DNA from: Octopus vulgaris
Taxonomy: Eukaryota
DNA length: 64,000 nt
Assembly: GCA_951406725.2 (NCBI GenBank)
Contig: OX597815.1
Location: 202,988,001-203,052,000, forward strand
Direction: 5' to 3'
Positions 41,014-54,218 of the stretch are shown one piece after another. The translations under genes were made by a program, and so were the position numbers. The notes beneath the pieces were generated by a model, which was not told where the DNA came from, ran no database searches, and was given only the letters and a program-made list of their open reading frames with translations. Numbering within the stretch: position 1 is the stretch's first letter; each line of letters starts with the position of its first letter.

Positions 41014-41262
41014 TTTACTGTTTATTAAGTGTATATACAACGTATTTTAGCAGAAAACTCTAAAATAATCAAGGAAACACAAGTTAAATTTTGACGTTGG
41101 TCTTACTCATAATTGGTTGCATATGTACAGTATAGAATAAAAAAACGGTAACTGATGTATATTGTGAAATATACCATAATCTACCATGTGCACGAGTTTC
41201 AGTAACATTGAGATAGCAGAACCTCAAAACATTGGAGTGGCCGAATACTTTTGGCCAAGGTC

Positions 41263-41371
<109 letters not shown>

Positions 41372-41495
41372 TGTGTTTGTGTGTGTGTGTGTATCTGTGT
41401 GTGTTTGTGTGTGAATGTATATATATATACATATATATGTATGTGTATATACATAATATATATATATGCGTGTATGTGCATATATATATATATAC

Positions 41496-41543
<48 letters not shown>

Positions 41544-42320
41544 TTGTGTGTGTGTATATATACAGGGGTTGGACAAAATAATGGAAAGACCTTGCATCAT
41601 AGCATCATAATTTGGAAATATCTATAAAACCGTTAAAAGCTTGTTAATTTTTATAATTTTTGATTTATTATTAGTGTTGCTTAATATGTTTTGCTAAAAT
41701 TGCTGTTTCTTTTCAGCTATCATCAGAAAAATGTAATTAAAATTCATTAAAATGATAGATCTATCGGACTTTCAAAGAGGTCAAATTGTTGGTGATCATA
41801 TGGCAGGCGCTAGTGTAACAAAAACAGCCGAAATGTTTGGTGTATCAAGAAGTACTGTCACAAAAGTAATGACAGCTTTTAAGAAAGAGGAAAAAACCTC
41901 CTCGTCAAAACAAAACTCTAGAAGAAAACCAAAACTTTCAGATAGGGATCGTCGCGAATTGTTAGAAAGGATCACAAAAGTACAGCTCTCAAAATTCCCC
42001 CATGAGCTTAATGACCACCACAAAAACTGTACGCCAAGAGCTGCAAAAAGCCAGCTTACACGGGAAGGCTGCAATCAGAAAGCCACTACTTTCAAAAACA
42101 AACATTGCAAAGCGTCTAGAGTGGAGTAAAATCCTACGGACGAGTCATCCTTTACCTTATTTCCAACTAACGGCAGAGTATACGTTTGAAGACAGCAAAA
42201 AGAAGCATTTCTTCCAACTATTAAACATGCAGGAGGATTTGTGATGATCTGTGGAGGGCTATATCTTGGAATATATCTTCCCTTCATGGAAGAATTAATA
42301 GTCAAGACTATTTGAACATT

Positions 42321-43034
42321 ACGGAGATGTACCTGCATAGCAAGTGATTTGATCTGAGATCGTGTGCTGAAACGAAAACAATTGCAGCGTGGAGGGTGTT
42401 TGTTAGCCATTTAAGAAACACACAAAAGCCGTTCGATTCACTTCAACACTTAAGTTTAATTTGTCAAAATATTTTCGTCGCTTTAAGACCACGACCTGTT
42501 CACTGACAAAAATCCGTGCTGCATCTGAGAAAGTAACAGTTAGTTCGTTATATATATGTACGTATGTATGTGTGTATGTATGTATGCACGCATGTATGTA
42601 TGCATGCATGTATGTATGTATGTATGTACGTACGTACGCCTGTTTGTATGTATGTATGTATGTATGTATGTATGTATGTATGTGTGTATATGCACGCACA
42701 CATACACTATGAACTTAAAGCTATAAACCTGTAGTGATGGATAGATGTAGACTGACCACTCATCACAACTATATCAAATTTCAACACCACCCCCCCGCCG
42801 GAACTAGGAAGTGATTTACGACAAAACTCTAAGACCTATTATCAGTCACTTATCTCTATATCAAAAAACTATATCACAAAACTTTTGTTTTACTATTACT
42901 TATATCTTTTTTTTTCCCTTACATCTAGTTAGTTCAGGTTATATTTTGACAAATTAAACTTAAATGTTGAAGTGAATCGAACGGCTTTTGTGTGTTTCTT
43001 AAATGGCTTACAAACACCTTCCACGCTGCAATTG
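42321..43034. mobile_element. Composite insertion of family HH-D (PLE-like) with inverted ends and TSD
   Basis: TTTGAACATT at 42311-42320 and 43035-43044; 42376-42472 is the inverse of 42941-43037. Confidence 0.8.
42460..42510 (-). ncRNA. Minimal hammerhead motif with G3:C8 covariant core (GUGAACA)
   Basis: Minus strand TTTGTCA-GTGAACA-G-GTCGT-GGTCTTAAA-GCGAC-GAAA-ATATT-T-TGACAAA. 7-bp helix I, 5-bp helix II, AATATT palindromic helix III. Confidence 0.7.
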
Positions 43035-43107
43035 TTTGAACATTATTTCTGATCAAATTCATCCTGTGGTTGCAGAACTGTTTCCGGGGGGAAATGCAAT
43101 ATTTCAC

Positions 43108-44035
43108 TCAGCTAATTTGTAACAACGAGTCTGAGGAGTCAGGTGGCCAGATGTTAGGGGTGATATGGTCGCAGAAATTGTTTGACTGCCATGACTGGGT
43201 TCTCCTTCTTGTGGTCCTGTTCCTAGACATAGATCTCTCATCAGCCACCCTCTTGAGCCAGTGAAACACTATCCCCTCCAGGCATTGATGTAGGCCTCGT
43301 GTTGAATGTGTGACAGCGTAAGAAGATGAATGGAGGCATAAAGTCGCCATCACTAGCGACACTCCAAATATCATGACGTCGACTGTATGTTTGACGTCGA
43401 CTGTATGTTTTTATCACTCTCGGTGCATGTTTTAGGGACACATGAAGCCAAAGGTTGTTCTGTGTGTTCACCATCTGATACTGGCAAAAATAATTCTCGT
43501 CTGAGGAAAACCAAAGCAAATTTGTTTGGAGGGGATGCTTGAGTTTGTTCAAAAGCTTCGCTAGCGCTGTCTTTCTTCTTGTTCTTGGTGGCTTCGATGA
43601 AAAGTTACCGTTTCTCATCTTGCATGAGGAATACCGAATGTCTATGCCTGTTTGAATTGGAGGGATTGTTGTCAATCATGGCCAAGATCTCACCAACAAA
43701 TTCAAAAATTCTTTTCTTATCAGAATACTGAGTGAGTGTACTGAGCTGCCGTACCTCCGTAATCACCATCAGACTCACCCAACTCTTTCGGAATCTTCTA
43801 CACACTCCTGAGATTGACGCCCAAACACTCTTAAATGTTCGTATTGGAGCTTCCGGCGCGAATGCTAAACGGTACAGCATGTATTTTCCAAGTTAGTTTC
43901 TGGCAGAGTGAATCGTATCATGGTGCTGTTTTTCTAACAGATAGTGCCCAGCTGACCCTACTATACTATGTAGTCGACAAAATCAAAAACAAATAATGGA
44001 CATAACCGAAATTAAAAATATAAAATTGCACCTTG
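43108..44035 (-). mobile_element. Third Tc1/mariner-superfamily element, truncated (possibly DD37D/maT-like)
   Basis: Terminus TA|CAAGGTG on the minus strand; fragments WFSSDENYF, FGVSL..DGDFMPPFIF and PNIWPPDSSD. Confidence 0.75.
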
Positions 44036-46077
44036 TATGTATATATGTATATATATATATACTTATTTATATACGTGTATATATGAGTGTTTGTTGTGTT
44101 TAATATTTGTTTTTGTGCCCTTAAGCATAAAAGCTGTCCTAACATCAATTGTATGTACATAAATTGATATACATACAAACACACATTTGTGAGTGTGATG
44201 CGTGTATAATAGAATTCGTTTTGCCTAAAGTCAAGTAAAACTAAATTTTATAATTTGACTCTACTTTTAGAATTACATTCTCCTATCAATAAATATCATA
44301 TTGTTTTTCTTAAAATGTTGCGAAAAATAATAGCAACAACAATAAGTTATTTTTTTTATAGAAAATGAGTCACGATTCCAACGAGAATAGAAATTGTATA
44401 GTCATAGAAATTGATAATTCATTCATTTTATAAATTTGAAAATGAAACTAAATAGATATTTTTAGGAATGTTTTCTTAATTATTTTCTTTTTATTAAACA
44501 CCAAAAATCAAATTTCACTGAAAGAGTATTTTCTCTTTTCTTAGTTAAACACCAAGTCATATAGAGTTGAATGAGTTGTGGAGATGCGACTGCGTGCCGT
44601 TCATTCATCTTTCATAGCCAACTATGGTGTATAAGATGTATACTGTTTTCTCTCTGAAATAAAAATGTTCTCGCAGATTCGGTTATACAATTCTCTTGTT
44701 CGTTTGCTGCAGGTTATGATAGAATTGTCGTATAGTTCTACTTCTAAATAATGATATTTAACAGAGTAGCTTATCACCGAAAATATTATTACCGCCTCGG
44801 TCAGTAGTTTTAAAGTTAATTTCTTTTTCCTGAAATTTTACGTCGAAGATGAATTGATTGTGAAGAATATTTCTGTAAATCATCGGCTAAACTGCTACTT
44901 AATAATTATCTGAGGTATTTATTATGAGGCATGTTATACTGCTTCCTCTTTCAACAGGATATGGAAGATTTAATTATTCGCGGACACGTTCATTCTATAA
45001 ATACTTTTCATCACATATTCCTGCAGTAACAAAAACGTTAACATCACAGTTGCTACTGGTGACAATGGAGTTGCTTATTTCAGTGACTAAGTGGTGGAGA
45101 CATTGAACATGATACATTTTGCAACATAATGATGTAGGCGAGTATTAATATCTTTCAATATGATGGCAGAGAAGAGTGAGCTGTGTGTGGAGGTTGAGAT
45201 AATTTGAGGATTATCAGTTTCGATGTGCGACATTTGTAGATAGGCAAGTGTTTGTGATGTTATTGATAAATATACATTCATGGCATATTACAGCGTGTAT
45301 ACGGATAGCAACTAAATATATTTCTAACATTGAGCAAGACCACTCATCATATCATGGGGGAGGGTGAGAGTTAAGCGTGTATTAAAGCCCATCGCAGTAC
45401 TTTATTGATGCTACATTTACTATCCCATGAAAAGTCGAAGAATATTTCTACAGAACAGAAGTGCCAAATTTATTCTGCAAGTATCTGCTCTGCAAGACAA
45501 TAATAATAGTTTTCGTTCAATTCAAAGAGTTGGCAGGGTTTGAGACAGTGTACTAAAGCATATGTTCTGGTTCCATGAAGTCTGAGTTCAAGTCCCACCT
45601 TGATCAAATTTGTGTTTCAGATTTCTGAGACAAATTAATAAACTACTGATCTAGCATATTAAGCAGAACTCTTAGAAATTCAGACGAGATATTTTGCAGT
45701 TTTTCTTCCGAAGTTTGCCTTCCGAGTGAAAATACTAAAACGACAACGATACTATATTTGATTATTAATTATGAGAGAGACCCACAATGGATGGTTGATT
45801 TCACACCTCGGGTGGTGCTGATGCATCACACGCGAATAACCCAGAAAACATGCAGAAAAGAACCACTCAGCCGATTAGCATTCACATATGCTCACAGGTA
45901 AGCTTCTCTTGCCCAAAAGCACATTGTCTCCTCTCTGATGTACTTACAGCTACACTCTTGGTCAGTACTCATTACCGATCTACTTCTGTCTCTTCTTCCT
46001 CATCTCCTTGTTGTATCCTCATTTGGACACCACTTTAATTCATATATGGAATGTATGCTTCTAAGAACGTTGACCCT

Positions 46078-46164
46078 TCTTGAGATTTGCAAGTCAACAT
46101 CTGCATGAATACCTAAGTAAGAACTTAAGTCTTTCATGCAGGCATTGACTTGCAAATCTCAAGA
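46078..46164. repeat. 87-nt near-perfect hairpin
   Basis: TCTTGAGATTTGCAAGTCAACATCTGCATGAATACCTAAGT-AAGA-ACTTAAGTCTTTCATGCAGGCATTGACTTGCAAATCTCAAGA; the outer 20 bp are perfect. Confidence 0.9.
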
Positions 46165-49100
46165 GAAACATTTAGTGCTTCAAACTCACCAATCACTCAA
46201 GTACGAGAAACTGAAAACAAATACCCTAAAATTACACCTTAATGTCTTCAAGATGGACGCTTAGACAATGTAGATCTAGATAATCCGAAACAGGCAGAAA
46301 GTGCTTGTTCATCGGTCAATGCTTTCAAGACTGACTTGTTCTACCTCTAACTAACCAATTAAAAATCTTAATATCTAATATGAAAACTCCAACAAAAACC
46401 TTATCTAATGTGATTTCCTAATAAGGTAATATTTCATATGAGCAGAGATTTCTGGTAAGATTTGTAAAACTGTTCTGGGAAACACATATATATCCTATGT
46501 CTATGGGTTGTTTAGCTCTTTATCTATTCTGGTAGACAAGAACTATGATCATAAGGCGTTCTATCGTGTCTTTTTTTGTATTTTAACATTTTGTTGTAAC
46601 ATCTGATGAAACATTTTTTTCTATGATTATAAGACGAGAGTTCAGAAGAGAGATTATCTGCCATTTCCTACAAGAAACGCCGCAAAACAGGGACTTACGT
46701 ATTGGTTCTAACCTTATAAACAAAGAGTTGAAATTTGACAAATTTCATTGTCTGTATCAGCACAAAATCTTTCGATTTATATGTTTATCTTGTTTTGTTT
46801 TTCCTGCTTCGACGTAATGTCTTCTGACTGCTGGAGTTATGTAATCTCACAAACCGCACTTTTACTACAAATACTGTAGGTCCTTATAGCGTGTTTGTTA
46901 CTCGATTGTTGCATATTTGAATAAATTACCTCAGATGGTAGAGAACTGGCTTAGTGTATGAGCAAAATATCGGGATCAATAATCCTGCGCAGATCAAATT
47001 TGCTGTTCAGACTTCCGGATTTTATAAAATAAAATGTCAGTCATGTATAGGAGTCGATATAATTGACTTTTATTCTTTCGGCCAAGTATCTATTTAAGTA
47101 ATCAATCCTACATGTTATTATCGTGTGAATGTATGTTTGTTCCGGATTTTTATTGGCTACATTTAATATTCTTATACACAAGGAAAAATACCAATAATTA
47201 CATTTCTATTTTTTCTATTTTAGCATACACTGCTTATTACTCTTATTTCTAAATTTTCATATGACTTTATGAATGAAGAGCAATTTTCGTCCTTGCATTT
47301 TACTTGTAATTGCTTTTAGTTTAGTATTGGTTTGGAAACATCCTTGTCGTTGTTGGGTTGTTCTTGTTTTCGCTTTGCACATTTTTGAATGTTAATATCA
47401 ACTATTGTGTTCAATATTTGAGAGATTTTGCAGATAGTCTAGACATTCAACGTTGTTGCTGGCTTCGTAGATGCTAAAATGTAATAACAGAGTGAAAAGG
47501 AATAAAAGAAGAAAGAGGGGAAAGAATGATAGAAAAGGCATGGGAAATAGCGACAGTAAAGAAGGAAATAATATAAAACAATAAAAAGAAATACAGAAGA
47601 AAGCAAACCAAGAAAGCAAAGTATGAAAAGGAGAACAAAAGACTGAATAAAATAATGCGCCGTAAATTTTAAAATGAAATTAAATAAATAAATAAATAAT
47701 AGCGAAGAGGAGAACAGGAAAGTTGTTGGTGTTTGGTTTGCCACAGCTTCAGAAGGAGACATTTGCTCTATAAAAATATATAAGATATGAATCAGGACAA
47801 AGTAGAATGGGAAATGAATCGACAAATTGTGCGAAGTGAGTGGATACTAGAAGTAGATGAAGTTGGTTAACAAAGAAAGCAAACAGAAAAGAACATAGGA
47901 AGAGACGATAGAAAGCAATAAGGAGATGAGGAACTGATCAATAAGTTATTTAGCAAGCCAACAACACACAGACGTAGCTACTACAAATATAACATATAAG
48001 TACTATGTTATCGATCTCTGAACGTTCAATTTGGCTACCATTGTAACATTGAGAGACGTTGAATGGGATAGAGAAGAAAAAGTCAAAACAAATAAACAAA
48101 AATTAAAAACGAGGACTTTCATAGCATTAAATTCATGAACTGAACTGAATCATATTAAAGAAATCAATGTTGATAAGCAAATAACAAATACATAATATTG
48201 TAAAACGTTCATGGATTCCTTTTATAAAAGATAGACTTTCGTTGGCACCACTCGCAAAATTATCTAAAATGGTAAAAAAATATATATATATACGAATATG
48301 TATTTCTAACAAAATTAAACTTTCGAGCTGTAGTCAGGTTTTCCGAAACAATTGTCTCTCGGCAAAAATGTTTATAAATGTTTATATGAAATTCTATTTG
48401 CATCCATTATAGATCGTCTGTGCGCGTAGTTCCTTTACACACACACATATGCGCATATGCGTGTGTGTGTGCGTGTTTAAAGTGAAAGCAATTTAATTAT
48501 TAAAAAATACATACACAGGACATTCCTAAAATTGTTACACGCATATCGAATCATTATAAAGTTTATTAAAATGCATTTCGTTTTCAAAAATTAATAGAAT
48601 CTCGAAACAGTGTTTAATTTATATTTACCTATTTGTTCCTGCGGTCTGTCGGTTTTGTCTGCGTTTACGGTAAGGGGAGTAATTACTCTAATGGAGAAAT
48701 AGCAAAAGAAGGAACAGGAACATAGGAACACAAAGGCAAAAACGGAAATATTGGTCTCAGTTTTAAAATCGAAAGAGAAAACACGAGAGAGGGGTGGAGA
48801 AAGTTTATTTTATTCTACATGCGTGTGTTTAAATTGCAGGCACAATTAAAATGTTTAGTATAATGAAATAATATCATGAAGATCTATAAAGCAATGTGGT
48901 AAAGATATATCGAGCAAATAGCTGTGGATGTTACACTTTCACCTTTACGAGTCCTAGGTCAAAAGTTGTGGACATGCTAGGGCATTGGCATTATTCTTTT
49001 TGCTTTTTTTTCTTCCTTATGTTATTAGTTTTATATACTTATTGGTATTATGAGAGGAAACATGTAAAGAAAGTATACATAATCATTAACTAGGGAGGTA

Positions 49101-49176
49101 GGTAGTTAGGTAGGTAGACAGTTAGACAGATAGATAGATTTTTCAAGGTGTATCTATAGATACACGAATAGATATG

Positions 49177-49230
<54 letters not shown>

Positions 49231-49233
<3 letters not shown>

Positions 49234-49800
49234 TATTATAAATCTTATTATAAAAGGCAGATTTTATCTGCCTCCCTTTGTAAGTTATAGAAATCTACAA
49301 TATAGGATTTCTTCAATTACAATTTACCTAGCATTTTTAAGAGTAGAATGCATCGGGTCATGCCAGGTCCAGTTTTTAAAATTTAAATTCCAATTAAGCA
49401 AAATTTACAGAAAACTCACATTCTGGTGTGTATGTCAAATGCTCTTCTTAATGTGGTTTACACCACACGCAAACGCACACACACACAAAGGGAACGAACT
49501 GTTTCACTGACGCTATCACCCTTCTCCTCCTTTGTCTTTGCAAGTTTGCAGCTATTAAAGTGAAAACAGTGAATCCGACAGCGATAAAGAAAACGAATTG
49601 GTACCTGAATGGAGTGAAAATTTAAAAACTGTTTCTTTAAATACATAATGATTTACTCCTCACACAATTTCTTCAATTAGACTTTACCTATGATTTTTCA
49701 AAGAACTTCCATTAGTTCATGCCATACAAAATTTTTTTCAATTTCACCCCCAATTAAGACAAAATTCGAGAAAACTCAATATTTTAACATTTCACTTTGA
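49231..49800 (+). mobile_element. Probable Helitron-like 5' portion with an internal ~110-bp degenerate direct repeat
   Basis: A|TCTTATTATAAA start in (TA)n; TTTCTTCAATTA...CCAATTAAG.CAAAATT...AGAAAACTCA at about 49308 and 49668; no 3' end identified. Confidence 0.35.
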
Positions 49801-50342
49801 AGCCTTTACTCTGCCTATTACTCCCACTTCCTCTTTAGACACATAGACACGCTAATATATACGACAGTGTCAATTGTTGACAGACATTGTAAGCTAACGT
49901 GTGTATGTGTGTGTGTGCGTGTGTGTCTGTGTGTGTGTGTGTGTGCGTGTGTGTGAGGGTGCGTGTGTGTGTGTGTGACAGGGACGACCCATTCAGACTG
50001 GTCATCCTTTTTGCTAGAAGATCACCTATGCTACACCACTGGTTTTCAGTTCATATTAATCAAATTAATATTCACAAGAAGAAGGACTATTCATTATAAT
50101 ACATCAGTTCCCTCGGACAACTGCACAAACATTTGCCATTTTACACATGTATGTAAACAAATTCCTTTCTTTTAGAATTTCAATTCATTTACTTTTTCAA
50201 TTCATACAAAGTTATTTAGGACGAATATAACATCTAAAGTTATCTCTAAGAAGCAGAAAGATCGCCCAAAAGTGTATATAGATATTTAAATGTATTTATA
50301 TATTCATCTATACACACATGTATGTATATATATATATACATA

Positions 50343-50610
50343 CATAAGACAGTAAGGTGTGATTTGAGGGAGATTTGGCTGCTATTTCTACCATGTCTAG
50401 CTGCCATGTAGGGGTCTCCCTCATAGGCTCATACATACATATATACATAGATAAGACAGTAAGGTGTGATTTGGGGGAAATTTGGCTGCGATTTCTACCA
50501 GGTCTAGCTACCATGTAGAGGTCCCCCTCATTGGCTCATATATATATATACATACATAAGACAGTAAGGTGTGATTTGAGGGAGATTTGGCTGCTGTTTC
50601 TACCAGGTCT
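50343..50610. repeat. Three-copy ~108-bp tandem repeat
   Basis: Three copies of ATAAGACAGTAAGGTGTGATTTG.GGG..ATTTGGCTGC..TTTCTACCA.GTCT. Confidence 0.9.
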
Positions 50611-50930
50611 GTTAGGCCTTCTCATGTAAACTCAAGCTTTCTCATGCCTTGAACATAAGACCAAAGCAGAGAATGTATTCTTTTATTCTTCTGCTTTTTC
50701 TAGCCATTGGTCTGTGGCCATGCTGGGGCAATGCCTTGAAGAATTGTAGTTTAATGAATCAACTCCAGTTTTATTTTTGTAAGCATTGTACTTATTCTAT
50801 CTGTTTCCTTTGTCAAACCACTAGGTGACAGGGATGTAAACAAACCAACATTCGTTGTCAAGCAGTGGTGGAGGACAATCACAAGCACAGACACGCACAC
50901 ACACACACATACATGCATACACATATACAC

Positions 50931-50961
<31 letters not shown>

Positions 50962-50979
50962 TATGTGTGTATATATATA

Positions 50980-51300
50980 TTGCAGCGTGGAAGGTGTTTG
51001 TAAGCCATTTAAGAAACACACAAAAACCGTTAGATTCACTTCAACATTTAAATTTAATTTGCCAAAATATTTTCCTCGCTTTGAGACCGCGACCTGTTCA
51101 CTGACAAAAATATCGTGCTAACAGGTCGCGGTCTCAAAGCGACGAAAATATTTTGACAAATTAAATTTAAATGTTGAAGTGAATCTAACGGTTTTTGTGT
51201 GTTTCTTAAATGGCTTATAAACACCTTCAACGCTGCAACTGTTTTCGTTCCAGCACACGATCTCAGATCAAGTCATTTGCTATGCAAGTACATCTCTGTA
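50980..51300. mobile_element. Family HH-D head-to-head palindrome (119-bp arms, 21-nt spacer)
   Basis: 50980-51098 is the reverse complement of 51120-51238; the right arm extends to 51300 and matches 42321-42500 inverted. Confidence 0.9.
51058..51108 (-). ncRNA. Second G3:C8 hammerhead motif; truncated third copy on + at 51120-51160
   Basis: Minus strand TTTGTCA-GTGAACA-G-GTCGC-GGTCTCAAA-GCGAG-GAAA-ATATT-T-TGGCAAA. Confidence 0.65.
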
Positions 51301-51403
51301 ACTATATATATATATTATATATATATATATATATGTATATTGGTAAAAACAGTAAGATAACAAAAGAAAGAAAGAGACCTAAATATTATGTAAATAGAGG
51401 AAA

Positions 51404-51796
51404 TCTTTATATATAAAAGTGAGGTTATGTGTCTGTCTCCTACGATTTAGATTCCTAACTACTCCCACATTTTGCGGTGCAGTTTAACCAAAACCGGGTA
51501 TCTTATAGTCGTGATTCATATCGAGACCGTCTGGGTATTAGCGCGCGTCTACGATGAGTCTACGATTAAAAAAAAAATTTACCATCAATTTTTCCCATTT
51601 TTAATCCATTTTTGACATATATAAGGGAAGTAACTCTCTAAAATTTATTATTAAATCTCAGAACGTAAAAAGCTACAGTAACACCCTCCCCCTATGTGGT
51701 TAGCCATATTGAGATGGCTATTATACTTTACATCTCTAAAAATGCTTATATAATTATTTCCCTTATAAACCCGAGCAACGCCGGGCGATACTGCTA

Positions 51797-51797
<1 letters not shown>
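51404..51797 (+). mobile_element. Non-autonomous Helitron (394 bp)
   Basis: A|TC start, subterminal hairpin CCCGAGC-AAC-GCCGGG, CTAG|T end, no TSD; second copy at 56974. Confidence 0.88.
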
Positions 51798-51830
<33 letters not shown>

Positions 51831-52893
51831 AGAGTTGAACAGAACGAAGACAGCAAGCAAAAAAGTTAGACGAGAGCCGAGTAAACGGGAAGCTAGACGA
51901 AAACTAACAGAAATTTAGACCAAGACACGACACACGGAATATTCGCAGCTGAGTTTTCCTCGTCGGTCAATGACACAAAGTATCACAGAGGTTTCGCGCC
52001 ATTACCGTTGAGACCCCTTAATTTGGGAGGTACCAGTGCTGTTATTAAGCTACTGGAAAGAGCCTAGCGAATTTATATTAAAACAGAAAGAAACAAGACA
52101 TTATATACATACAACCGACAAAGAATTACGAATATATAACAACACGAGGCCTTATGGCTATAAACAACAGCTGAAAAGTGCCTCAAATACAAGAGAAAGA
52201 GCTTTGCAGCTATAGAACAAGCTAAGTGGGGTTGCGCAAAGATGAAATGGGGTAAGTCCTAGAGGAAGTAGCAGGAGCCCAGACTAATATGACCAGTCTG
52301 ATCAAAGGCAAGGGGGAAAAGAAAAGCACCACCTTCGCCAGACACCGGTCAGGTGGTAGAGAAGACGTGTTGAGAGATGGTTCTATTTACATCTACATTT
52401 ATGCGTAACTAGATCCGCAGACATCTAGGAAGACATACACGCAGAGATACAAACATACACACACAGGCATACAGATACGCGTACATTTGCACACATACAG
52501 ACTTGCATAGTAACATACATACACATAGAAGAATTGTCACTTCATTTGTCACATAAGATTAAGCCGTGTCAAGAAAGGAAGCGAAATATGTTTCCATGAA
52601 CAAAATCCATTTGGGCTTGATGATGACTACTAATGTCTTCAGGATAAATTTCCTCTTGTGATACCTAATGATTGCCTAACGAGGTTGTTGTCTATCATCT
52701 CTGTTGTCAACGGCAAAAATAGGATATCGAGACTGTTTACGTATGCATTCGATGCGGTACATTAGCACAGTTGATTCTAATGTTACACTTACATGTTAAT
52801 GTAAGTAAATAATTGCTGTCTAATCGATACAAACGTGTATGTAAATTAACAAGCAAGAACACAAACGTAGCACACATAAATATGTATGTCGAG

Positions 52894-52951
<58 letters not shown>

Positions 52952-53115
52952 TTAGTCAGAAAAATCTGCGATTGATGAATCGCGATGTTGTACTGAGTGC
53001 GTGATAGGTGAACCGCGATATAGCGAGGGATTACATATATATGTACATATATGGGAATGATCGTGTGAGCGTCTGCAAGCAAGATTGGAGATAGAGATAT
53101 ATGTATATGTGTGTA

Positions 53116-53160
<45 letters not shown>

Positions 53161-53522
53161 AAGTAGGAGTGTATTTATGAGCACACGCTTCGATGTATAT
53201 ATGTACAAGTAAAAGTTGTAGGTCTATTCACCTATCTATATATGCTACCGCCGATATACGAAGTTTCCAGTCGTATCGTTAAAGGCACGAAACTAGGTGT
53301 TTGTATTTTTGAGCAATAATTGAGGAAGGATTGGGGTCCTTCTGTATCTGTTCTATGTGCACGTTTTGCAGTATTTAATGCATTTTTCATTTATGGATTA
53401 ACTGAAAGCCACGTATCCCGACTTTTGGTATCAGTAAGTTTGTATAATTTTTTGCGACTCTATCGTTCTTTATTTCTTTCTCTCTCGTCCTAATATTCCT
53501 TTTCTAGCATCTCTACTTCCTC

Positions 53523-53553
<31 letters not shown>

Positions 53554-53612
53554 TCTTCTCACACTTAATTGTAGACTTTCTCCCTTCCTGCCACTCTCTC
53601 TCTCTCTCTGCC

Positions 53613-53652
<40 letters not shown>

Positions 53653-54218
53653 TCATCCTCATTCCCTTCTATCTGCTGCCCACATATGATCTGTAACTGA
53701 TTTTCTCTTCTCTGCCTTTTCGCCACCGGACGCCTTGCGGACTGGTCAGCTTTATCTTCTCTCTTACTAAATCGTTTTTTATATCCATTTGAGGAATTCT
53801 TCTAGGCGTTACCAATTACTATCGTGTTTGACCGAAAGTTTTTATTTATTGTCTTCGTTTAATCGTTTTAAATTATATTTGTACGTCCACTCTTTCGTAC
53901 ATCCACCCTGTATTCTTTTGTTTGCTCTAATTCTCGCAAATCTTGCGGTTGTCGCTGATACAGGAGGTTTCCAGTCTTATCTTTAAAGGAACGAAACTGG
54001 ATATTAGCATTTTTGGTCGTTAACTGAGGAAGGATTAGGGTCCTCTGTGTCTGTCCTCCGTGTACATTTTGTTGTATTTAATGCACTTTTTATTTATATA
54101 TATAACGTAAACAAAAAATAGAGAAATTCACATGCATCAATTATTTTTTTAATACAAATAGACTGCATCCCATCTAACAGCTATTTCTGCTTCCAATGTT
54201 ACATGGTATTGCCATTGT

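Larger units (their letters stand above)
41563..43107 (+). mobile_element. Second Tc1-like element: 5' TIR plus transposase, interrupted and truncated
   Basis: TA|CAGGGGTTGGACAAAATAATGGAA terminus. ORF MIDLSDFQRGQIVG...GASVTKTAEMFGVSRSTV; coding resumes after an insertion: GRINSQDYLNI|ISDQIHPVVAELFPGGNAIF. Confidence 0.88.

Noticed and set aside
50343-50610. CRISPR-like array (also 13803-14190)
   Set aside because: Whole units are repeated without unique spacers; eukaryotic context and no cas genes.
51930-51975. Minus-strand CCGACGA-GGAAAA...TATTCC hammerhead-like half
   Set aside because: U4 is altered and GAAA is absent.
53320-54095. (C/T)TGAGGA-A-GGATT motifs in two related repeats (about 53320 and 54024) as further hammerheads
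   Set aside because: No convincing helix II partner next to a GAAA; the second copy is truncated. Possibly decayed relics, but not supportable.
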